Source: Candidatus Hecatella orcuttiae
GTDB taxonomy: Archaea > Thermoproteota > Bathyarchaeia > Hecatellales > Hecatellaceae
Direction: 5' to 3'
DNA length: 64,000 nucleotides
NCBI GenBank assembly: GCA_002011035.2
Contig: MTLY02000002.1
Location: 384,001-448,000, forward strand
Position numbers and translations under genes: made by a program. Positions 48,392 through 55,798 of this stretch are shown piece after piece (the stretch's first letter is position 1; each line of letters opens with the position of its first letter). Under the pieces are notes generated by a model. The model was not told the DNA's origin. It saw only the letters and a program-made list of their open reading frames with translations, and made no database searches.

Positions 48392-49846
48392 ATGACGGCT
48401 CCCAAGGTCAAAATCGGCATGGACAGCAACACCCTCGACCTGCTGGCCGCGGGCAACGTCCACCGCCTAACCCGCCATCCGCTGAAGACCTTCAGCCGCC
48501 GGAAGGTGGCCGGAGGCGAAGTGCACCTGCCCAGCCTAGGCCCCGCTGAAACCCTTCACATCCTCGAAGGCTGGCTGGACGGGTCGGAGGCGCAGGCCAA
48601 CCTCCAGAAGCTGCTAAACCTCTACCACAGCCAAGAGCTCACCGCCTTGGAGACGGCGAAATACGAGGCCTTCGGCAAGCTTACGGACTTGGAGATTCCC
48701 TACCAAGGCGGAGAGACCGCCGTCCGCTACCGCCTCGAACTCACCGAGCTGCCGGCTTGGGGCCGCACAGCGGTCAACCAGGGCACCGACGCCTACTTGG
48801 CTGACTTAGACTACGCGGCTCTGCGCAGCCAGCTGTTCAGCCCCCTCTGGGCCCGGCATGGATGGAGCTGGGACCGCGGCGGGAAGAAGTTCGCCTACGA
48901 ATTCATCCTCGTCAACGCCCTCGAGGAAACCTCACCTGCGGTTCTCTACGACGACGATGAGGCGTTTTGGTCGACGACGGGATGGGGCTCAGGCTCCAGC
49001 GCTGCCTCCCTGACCGAGGAGTCAACCGTTGTGAAGAAGGGAACTTCGTCAGCCAAAGTCTCCCAGACATCCGGCTCCTACGATGTGTTCGGAATCTACC
49101 ACAGCTGGGCCGCAGGGCAGGACTGGTCTGGCTACGAGTTCGTCGCCCTCTGGCTTTACGGCTCCAACAGCGGCGGAAAGATGGCCCTAGACATTAGGGC
49201 GCCTGATGCCTCCAACAAATACTTCGCTTACATCGACGACACTTGGACGGGGTGGAAGCGGCTGGTTTACCCGTTGAGAGCTATGCCGAAAGTCGGGTCG
49301 CCGGATTTGACAAACGTCAAAGCCGTCTATCTCACCACCGACGAGGGCAACCCATGGGCTCCCTTCTACCTCGACCGCATGGTGCTGGACGTGGGCCAGT
49401 GGGTTGCGGTGGAGGTCTTCGTCCCTGACACGCTAAACACGGCCGATATTAATGTGCGCCTGTATTCATGGGATGGGTCCGGCTGGGTCGTCGGCCCCGG
49501 GGTGGAAGCCACAGACCTGAGCCCTTGGTCTGCCGGCGTAGACCTGTACTTCCTCGACGGCACAAAGGCGAGCGAAGCCTACGGAGGCAACTGGTACAAC
49601 GACCAATTCGCCTACTACTCTCTAGGGGAGAGAGGCCAAACCCCCGGCAAATGGTCTTCACCGCCGCCAGACATCACCTACTCCCTCAACTACGGCTGCC
49701 TGAAACGCCTAGGCTTCGCCGTCAAAATGCCCCCCAGCACGCTGGCCCGCGACACCAGCGGCAGCCAAGCCGTCAACAAAACCCAGCTCAAGCTGGAAAT
49801 CACCTACAACTCAGAGCACACCACCTACGTCGACGGAAGCCTCTAG
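48392..49846 (+). CDS. Distal-tail-like N-terminal domain plus carbohydrate-binding-like domain (candidate adhesin)
   Basis: N-terminal ~120 aa Dit-like pattern (LEGWL...LQKLLNL...RYRLELTE); DWSGYEFVALWLYG...WTGWKRLVYP CBM-like jelly roll. Confidence 0.6.
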   Translation: MTAPKVKIGMDSNTLDLLAAGNVHRLTRHPLKTFSRRKVAGGEVHLPSLGPAETLHILEGWLDGSEAQANLQKLLNLYHSQELTALETAKYEAFGKLTDLEIPYQGGETAVRYRLELTELPAWGRTAVNQGTDAYLADLDYAALRSQLFSPLWARHGWSWDRGGKKFAYEFILVNALEETSPAVLYDDDEAFWSTTGWGSGSSAASLTEESTVVKKGTSSAKVSQTSGSYDVFGIYHSWAAGQDWSGYEFVALWLYGSNSGGKMALDIRAPDASNKYFAYIDDTWTGWKRLVYPLRAMPKVGSPDLTNVKAVYLTTDEGNPWAPFYLDRMVLDVGQWVAVEVFVPDTLNTADINVRLYSWDGSGWVVGPGVEATDLSPWSAGVDLYFLDGTKASEAYGGNWYNDQFAYYSLGERGQTPGKWSSPPPDITYSLNYGCLKRLGFAVKMPPSTLARDTSGSQAVNKTQLKLEITYNSEHTTYVDGSL

Positions 49847-49863
49847 CCCCTCCGGGGACAGCG

Positions 49864-49876
49864 GAAAGGTTAAATT
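49864..49876 (+). promoter_or_regulatory. BRE/TATA promoter of tRNA-Ala
   Basis: GAAAGGTTAAAT about 30 nt upstream of the tRNA 5' end. Confidence 0.65.
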
Positions 49877-49900
49877 TTCCACCTTTTCACCCTTAAGTTG

Positions 49901-49997
<97 letters not shown>

Positions 49998-50004
49998 CTA
50001 ACTC

Positions 50005-51504
50005 TTAGCACATGATTAAAAACAGCCACAGTGGAATGCGGACTGTGTTTCCTGAAAGTTCGAGTTTTTCCCGTGTGACAACTAGGCTGAAGGGTGGTCT
50101 GTGTTTTTGAGCGAAGTCCCTTAAACCTCTCAAGTCCTTTTCGCTTATTCTGTCCTTGTATTTCACTTCTATGGGGATTGGTCTTTGAAGTAGCTCTATT
50201 ATGATGTCGGTTTCGTATCCTTGGCTTTTCCAGTAAAAAAGTTGCAGCTCTGAGGCAGGCTCAAGGTTGAACTTAAGCCGTTTACAATGGTCTGCCACCA
50301 CACTTTCAACTACTTTTCCCAGTTCCGCGCTGTCTTTCAGAAGGTATTCACTAAAGGCTGCAACAGTAACATTTCGTATACCAGGGTCGTTGACGTAGAC
50401 TTTCTTTTCCCTTCGTATTCTCTTCATTCGGCTGCGAGAGTAGTACTCGGATTCGGATATTAAAAAAGCAGTTTTGAGATAATAGAGATAGGCTTTCAAG
50501 GTTTGCCTCTTAAGCCCTAGGGTGTTGGCCAGTTCAGAATAGTTCATCCGGTGGGAGCTCTCCTTTGCTAAGACCGTGATAAGTTCTTCGAAGGCTACTG
50601 GGTCTCTGATATTGAACGTCCGAACTATATCTCTGTATATTGTCAGGTGGAGATAATTCCTGAGGTTCTCCGCGGATTGGTACAAGTCCTCGGCTGCTAC
50701 AACTTCAGGATATCCTCCTTTTACTAAATAATCCTGTAAAGAGAGGATGAAGCGATCTATGTCTCTTGCTAAAATGTTAGCATTATCTTGAAGCGCGGAG
50801 TAAAAGATGTACGGGTTCTCTCTGCGAATTCCGTCTTGAAGTGATTTTCTGACCTGCCAGTTGACATTATCGAGGCGCTTTTCAAAGCTCTTCTCTTTCA
50901 CGCGAAACCTAACTGTCTCTAAGAATTTCATGGGGAAAACTATTTGAGGAGCAATTCTTCCGACAAGCGATTCTGCGGTCCCCGTCAAAATGTTAACGCT
51001 TGAGGAGCCTGATATGAAAAATTTTACATTATATCCTAGGTCAAACCAGCGTTTCAGGACGCTTTCCCAGTTTTGGAGGAACTGTATTTCATCCAAGAAA
51101 AAATAGACCGGTTTTTCTAAGCGGAAAAGGGATTCCTTAAGGATGTATTTTGAATACAGGTCAAAAATAGCTTTCAAGGATTCGATCGTGATCTTGAGAT
51201 ACAGGTCGTCCAAGGAAACATACATAACTCTTGACGGTCCAACCTTTGAAATAACGTGCTCGATTAACTGATACATTAAAGTGGTTTTTCCGATCCTTCT
51301 TGCTCCCACAATGGCTGTTATCTTTTGATTTTCAACCGTTTTGAGAAGTTTATAATAGTCCCGCCTTTTAAATTCTGGAGCTTTGGTGGAAGGAACTTTC
51401 CCTGAATCCCACCAAGGATTATATATGTACAGGACCCTTAACAATTCAATTTCATCGAGCTTACATGCCTCGCTGTTTCCGCTTCTAACCAAATCCCTCA
51501 CCAA
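50005..51504 (-). CDS. AAA+ ATPase (AAA_14 + wHTH + DUF4143 PD-(D/E)xK-like)
   Basis: YNPWW, GARRIGKTT, FLDEIQ, ISGSS, GGYPE, KVYVNDPG, ETD...PIEVK; AT-rich. Confidence 0.88.
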   Translation of the reverse strand: MVRDLVRSGNSEACKLDEIELLRVLYIYNPWWDSGKVPSTKAPEFKRRDYYKLLKTVENQKITAIVGARRIGKTTLMYQLIEHVISKVGPSRVMYVSLDDLYLKITIESLKAIFDLYSKYILKESLFRLEKPVYFFLDEIQFLQNWESVLKRWFDLGYNVKFFISGSSSVNILTGTAESLVGRIAPQIVFPMKFLETVRFRVKEKSFEKRLDNVNWQVRKSLQDGIRRENPYIFYSALQDNANILARDIDRFILSLQDYLVKGGYPEVVAAEDLYQSAENLRNYLHLTIYRDIVRTFNIRDPVAFEELITVLAKESSHRMNYSELANTLGLKRQTLKAYLYYLKTAFLISESEYYSRSRMKRIRREKKVYVNDPGIRNVTVAAFSEYLLKDSAELGKVVESVVADHCKRLKFNLEPASELQLFYWKSQGYETDIIIELLQRPIPIEVKYKDRISEKDLRGLRDFAQKHRPPFSLVVTREKLELSGNTVRIPLWLFLIMC

Positions 51505-51532
51505 TAAATTGTACAGTATAATGGTCGAGACT

Positions 51533-51570
51533 TATTGTAATTTGACCATTATAATGGTCAAATTACAATA
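51533..51570. repeat. Perfect 38-bp palindrome upstream of the ATPase
   Basis: TATTGTAATTTGACCATTATAATGGTCAAATTACAATA equals its own reverse complement. Confidence 0.95.
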
Positions 51571-51689
51571 TAAACATGATCTGTGTAATGGCCAAAACGA
51601 AATCATCCAGATTGCAATGATTCTCAGTACTGTCTAGAAGGCTTGATAATTTAAATGGATGCCTGGGGAATCTATGTTTCTCCGGCAAG

Positions 51690-52529
51690 TTATAGGGGCA
51701 TGTGGTCTTTTCGGTAGACCCAGACCACCAAGGGGATTGCCACCGCCAGGTAGGCGAGGTGGACGATTATTCTAGCCCATTCCGCGTTGGTGGTGTAGCC
51801 GAACATCACCGCCAGCACCGAGCCTAGGATGCCCTTGTGGTGCAGCAGGCTGCCTTTCGCTATGTTCAGGGTGTAAGCGTGTTCCCCCAGCCAGCCTGCT
51901 TCGACGCCGGTTTGCTCGTAGAACTCCAGCAGTTCGTGAACCCCATAGCCAGCGAGGCCTCCGGCTAGGAGGATCAGGAGGATGCTGGTGAAGTAGAAGA
52001 ACCTGTGCAGGTTGATCCTCATCCCGGCCACGAAGATGCCGTAGGATAGGATGAGCGCTGTGGCTGTTCCGGCGGCGATCCCGGCGAAGGTGCCTAGGGC
52101 GTCCTTCAGCAAGAAAGGCGTCAGGAAGAGCACGGTTTCCAGGCCTTCCCTGAACACGACGATGAAGGCTATGGACACCAGGCCGAGGATGGCGCCTTTG
52201 GTGACAACAGCCTCGATACGCCTCTCCATATCCCTTTTGATGTACTTCCCTTTGGCGGCCATCCAGTAGACCATGGAGGACAGCACCACCACGGCGACGA
52301 AGGCGGCGGTGGCCTCGAAAAGCACCTGAACGGTCTTGGGCAGCACCCCGTAGGCAAGCCAGATGGATGCCCCTAAGCCTAGGCTCAGGGCCACTGCCAA
52401 GTAGGCTCCGTACCAGATGTAGCGGGACAGCGGCCGCCTGCCAGTTCTGACCAAGTAGGACAGTATTATGGCTGTGATGAGCGCTGCCTCAAGGACCTCT
52501 CGAAAGGTTATCAAATACTGTCCAAGCAT
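51690..52529 (-). CDS. FTR1-family iron permease
   Basis: Two RExxE motifs (REVLE, REGLE); multi-TM. Confidence 0.9.
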   Translation of the reverse strand: MLGQYLITFREVLEAALITAIILSYLVRTGRRPLSRYIWYGAYLAVALSLGLGASIWLAYGVLPKTVQVLFEATAAFVAVVVLSSMVYWMAAKGKYIKRDMERRIEAVVTKGAILGLVSIAFIVVFREGLETVLFLTPFLLKDALGTFAGIAAGTATALILSYGIFVAGMRINLHRFFYFTSILLILLAGGLAGYGVHELLEFYEQTGVEAGWLGEHAYTLNIAKGSLLHHKGILGSVLAVMFGYTTNAEWARIIVHLAYLAVAIPLVVWVYRKDHMPL

Positions 52530-52595
52530 AGGCGTTCTCCCTTCGACGGTGTAGCCGGACCTGTGAACCCGCTGGCTGTTTTTGGTTAGGAATAG

Positions 52596-52634
52596 TTAGG
52601 CTCGCCTAATATATAAATATTTAGGTTAACCTAA
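52596..52634. promoter_or_regulatory. Two DtxR/IdeR-type palindromic operators flanking the FTR1 TATA box
   Basis: TTAGG-CTCG-CCTAA (52596-52609) and TTAGG-TTAA-CCTAA (52621-52634) on either side of ATATAAATAT. Confidence 0.75.
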
Positions 52635-52650
52635 CTTCTCGGCAGGAAAA

Positions 52651-53430
52651 CTAACGGAAGAAACCCTGCCTACGTCTAAGCCTTTGCACGTCAGCCAAGT
52701 AGGGCCAACGTTTCCGAACTCTGTTCACGGAGGCTAGGTCTAGTTTCACCTTCAAGCATTCCTCCCCCCCGCCGGCTTGGGCTACGACCTGCCCTTGGGG
52801 GGAAACGATAAAGCTCCCCCCCTCCACCCTCCTCCCGTCGGAGTAGGCTGTGGCGGTGTTGTTGACGAAGGCGTAGAAGACGGTGTTCTCCGCCGCCCGA
52901 GCCGCAGCCACATGCCTCCAGAGTGCTAGCCTGTCCTCGGGGATGTTGGAAGGGTTGAGGAGCACCCTCGCCCCCCGAAGAGCTAGGCTTCTGGAAACCT
53001 CCGGGTACAAAGCGTCCACGCAGACCACAGCCCCCACACCGGTTCCCTTCACTTGAAAAACCGGAAGCCTCCGCCCCGGGGAGCAGAAGGCCCTCTCCCC
53101 CACCGCCTGGGAGGGAAAAAGCTTGTCCGAGAAGCCTAAAACCTCCCCCTCCCTACCTAGGAAAGGCGCTGTGGAATACACCTGGCCTCCCCGTCGGAGG
53201 AAGAAGGCTCCGGCTAGAAGGTGAAATCCGCCTGCCTTAGCAGCCTTTCCCAGCTGGGAAAGAAGGGAGGCAGCGTCCCGCGGGGAGAGGATGTCTCCTC
53301 CCAGCCAGACCTCCGGAAGGCAGACGAGGTCTACGCCTCTGATTCCTCGGAGAGTCCGCAGCATCTTCTCGAGGTTCTCCCGTTTCTCAGGAAGTCTGGC
53401 AAACTGGACGAGAGCTATCTTCAGTTTCAC
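52651..53430 (-). CDS. Carbon-nitrogen hydrolase (nitrilase family)
   Basis: CLPE, K, VCVD..YPE catalytic triad pattern, ARAAEN; start moved to GTG 53430. Confidence 0.85.
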   Translation of the reverse strand: MKLKIALVQFARLPEKRENLEKMLRTLRGIRGVDLVCLPEVWLGGDILSPRDAASLLSQLGKAAKAGGFHLLAGAFFLRRGGQVYSTAPFLGREGEVLGFSDKLFPSQAVGERAFCSPGRRLPVFQVKGTGVGAVVCVDALYPEVSRSLALRGARVLLNPSNIPEDRLALWRHVAAARAAENTVFYAFVNNTATAYSDGRRVEGGSFIVSPQGQVVAQAGGGEECLKVKLDLASVNRVRKRWPYLADVQRLRRRQGFFR

Positions 53431-53505
53431 CGCTTCCTTCCCCTGGTTGCCGGTAGTTTTAAGGCGGGGCTCCGCTAATCCTTTTACGTTTAAGGGGTTT
53501 AAACC

Positions 53506-53796
53506 TTGGAGCTCTCCCAGTTTCAGAGGATGATGCACCGTATCTACTTTCACAGGGACCGTCGGAGGGGCCTCATGCCCACCTACATGTGGCTGCTGGA
53601 GGAAGTCTCAGAGCTGGGAAAAGCCTTGGTGGAGGGGGACAGAGAAGCGGTGGAGGCCGAGTTCGCCGACGTCGCCGCCTGGCTGAGCTCCCTGGCCAAC
53701 GTGGCTCAGGTGGACTTGGAGAAGGCAGCCCTGAGCAAGTACAACGGCCGGTGTCCCCGGTGCGGGGCTGAGGTCTGCCGGTGTCCCTTCCGCTAA
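53506..53796 (+). CDS. MazG-like nucleotide pyrophosphohydrolase
   Basis: WLLEEVSEL...EFADV; C-terminal CPRC...C.C. Confidence 0.88.
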   Translation: MELSQFQRMMHRIYFHRDRRRGLMPTYMWLLEEVSELGKALVEGDREAVEAEFADVAAWLSSLANVAQVDLEKAALSKYNGRCPRCGAEVCRCPFR

Positions 53797-53833
53797 GGGA
53801 AGCGCCGCGTTTCAGGGTGAAGGCGGAGGGGGT

Positions 53834-55399
53834 CTAAGTTTTTCTGTAGAGGATGAGGTCTCCTTGGCAGGTTTCTTGGACGGTGTACTCGGTTTTGACG
53901 GATTCTTTAAGCTTCACCCAGTACTCCCGGTTGAGGATGCAGCCGGGGTCAGGGGCTAGGACGTCCTTATAATAATTGTAGGCTCGAGCCCTGCAGCCTC
54001 CGCAGGTGTAGCGGAACCGGCATGAGCCGCAGTAGTCAGCCAGCCGGTCCTTGTCCCTCACCTTCCAGAGGAACTCGGAGTTTCTCCAAAGCTCTTCGAA
54101 ATCATCCTCCAGAAGGTTCCCCACCTTCACCTGCTCTTCGTGGGGGAAGAAGACGCAGGGATAGAGGTCTCCGTTGGGCTCCACGGAGAGGTAGAACCTC
54201 CCGCAGCCGCATCCCCCGATGAAGTCGGCGAGTCTCCTCAGCTGGCCTGAGAGCTTGGGGTTGTAGAAATGGGTGGGCACCACGTCGCTGTCTCCCCCTC
54301 CTCCCCCAGCCTGCTGGGCCATGCGGGCGAGGAGTTCGTCTTGGCTGAGGTCCCCCAGCTCCGTCTGCTGGGCTATGCGGGCGAAGTAGGGAGCCGTGGA
54401 TAGAACGTCGATCCTCATGGTCTTCATCTTATTCCAGCAGAGGGTTAGGATTTCCTCCCGCTCCTCAGGGCTGAGGTCCGCCTCCACCATCTCCGCACCC
54501 CGCCCAGTGGGGACGAAGTTGTAGAGCATGAACCAGTCGGCTCCCAGCTTGTCGGAAAACTCGATGAGAGCCGGGATCTCCTTGTAGTTCTGCCGGGTCA
54601 GGGTGGTGGCGATCTCCACGAAAAGCCCCTCCGCGACGCAGTTTTTTATGCCCTCCACGGTTTTCTCAAAAGCCCCGGGAACTCCCCGAAACTCGTCGTG
54701 GGTTTTGGGGTTGACTCCGTCGAGGCTTATCTGGGCGAACTGGAGGCCGGCTTGCTTGTACTCCTTCAGCCTCTCCCGGGAGGAGAAGACCAAGCCGTTG
54801 GTGGCCATGGCCACGTACATGCCTCTCTCCGAAGCGCGTTTCACAAACTTGAGGATGTCGGGGTGAACGGTGGGCTCCCCCCCGGAAAAGGCTAGGATGA
54901 GCACTCCCGCGTCGCCTAGGATGTCTATTCCCCGGAGGATCTCCTCAGTGGAAAGTTCATCCTCTCCAGGGGCCCCTGCGTTTTCATAGCAGTGAACACA
55001 GCGCATGTTGCAGGCTCGGGTGATGTTCCAGACTATCTGGAAGGGGGCTCCCGGCACGTAGGGGTGGGTGACCCCGAACCAGCCGATGCCCTTGATGACG
55101 TTGACGAGGCCCCGCCGCCAGTAGGGGTCCTTAAACTTCTCCTTCAACCTCTCCTCGGTGACTCCGAAGGCCTTGGTGGCGGCCTTGAGGACGGGCATGA
55201 GGAGCTTCTTGGCCACCCGGCATCGGAAGCAGGCTTCGGAGCGCACTCCGGTGTAGAGCTCCAAGGCTATTTCCAGCCTGTTTCCCTCATCTCGGCTGCA
55301 ACGCTTGGAGAGGGCTGAGAGAGTCCGTCTCATGATGGGGTTGTCGGCCACCAGCTTGAAGACTTGAACAGCGTCGGTGGTGGTAGCTGATTCTCCCAT
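53834..55399 (-). CDS. Radical SAM/SPASM domain protein
   Basis: CNMRCVHC, FSGGEP, GCGCGRFY..VEPNGDLYPC, CGSC..RYTCGGCRARA...DPGC. Confidence 0.9.
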   Translation of the reverse strand: MGESATTTDAVQVFKLVADNPIMRRTLSALSKRCSRDEGNRLEIALELYTGVRSEACFRCRVAKKLLMPVLKAATKAFGVTEERLKEKFKDPYWRRGLVNVIKGIGWFGVTHPYVPGAPFQIVWNITRACNMRCVHCYENAGAPGEDELSTEEILRGIDILGDAGVLILAFSGGEPTVHPDILKFVKRASERGMYVAMATNGLVFSSRERLKEYKQAGLQFAQISLDGVNPKTHDEFRGVPGAFEKTVEGIKNCVAEGLFVEIATTLTRQNYKEIPALIEFSDKLGADWFMLYNFVPTGRGAEMVEADLSPEEREEILTLCWNKMKTMRIDVLSTAPYFARIAQQTELGDLSQDELLARMAQQAGGGGGDSDVVPTHFYNPKLSGQLRRLADFIGGCGCGRFYLSVEPNGDLYPCVFFPHEEQVKVGNLLEDDFEELWRNSEFLWKVRDKDRLADYCGSCRFRYTCGGCRARAYNYYKDVLAPDPGCILNREYWVKLKESVKTEYTVQETCQGDLILYRKT

Positions 55400-55498
55400 T
55401 TTCCTATCCTCCTACTCCGGAAAGAAAAAAATGTCTGAGGGTAATTCGGTATAATATTTTTTAAAGAAAAGCTTGTATTTAACGTTAACCTTCAACCG

Positions 55499-55771
55499 TT
55501 AACTCACGATGGACTGCTGACCTAGCCCTGTGGCAGTCCACACCGTCTTCCCCCTACCCGCCGGCACCCTCCGAACCAGCCTGTGCTCCTCCAAAAGTTT
55601 CAGGTGGTAGTTGAGGGCTGAGGAAGTGAGCTGGGTTTCCGAGCGGAGGTCCCTCAGGGGAAGCTGTCTTCTGTCCAAGGCGTAGAGGATGAGGGTTCGG
55701 GCTCTAACCCCCGCCTTTTTATTCCTCCACCGGGGGAGGTACGCGTTGGGGTGGAAATGCTCCTCCGACAT
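55499..55771 (-). CDS. Small winged-helix (ArsR-like) protein
   Basis: ARTLILYAL...SALNYHLKLLEEHRLV. Confidence 0.7.
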   Translation of the reverse strand: MSEEHFHPNAYLPRWRNKKAGVRARTLILYALDRRQLPLRDLRSETQLTSSALNYHLKLLEEHRLVRRVPAGRGKTVWTATGLGQQSIVS

Positions 55772-55798
55772 GCTTCCACCGGCTTTCCCCGACGGCGG

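Larger units (their letters stand above)
33600..49850 (+). mobile_element. Head-tail (siphovirus-type) virion morphogenesis cluster: GTA-like element or integrase-less defective provirus
   Basis: Co-oriented TerL, portal, protease, decoration, HK97 MCP, neck, tube, chaperone, TMP and tail-tip genes. No integrase, replication genes or att repeats were recognised. Left boundary approximate. Confidence 0.85.

Noticed and set aside
46341-49846. Diversity-generating retroelement acting on tail-tip genes
   Set aside because: No reverse transcriptase and no template/variable repeat pair seen in the window.
33600-49850. Contractile injection system, tailocin or encapsulin interpretation
   Set aside because: Terminase, portal and protease accompany the capsid, and there are no sheath or baseplate wedge genes, so this is a DNA-packaging non-contractile head-tail module.
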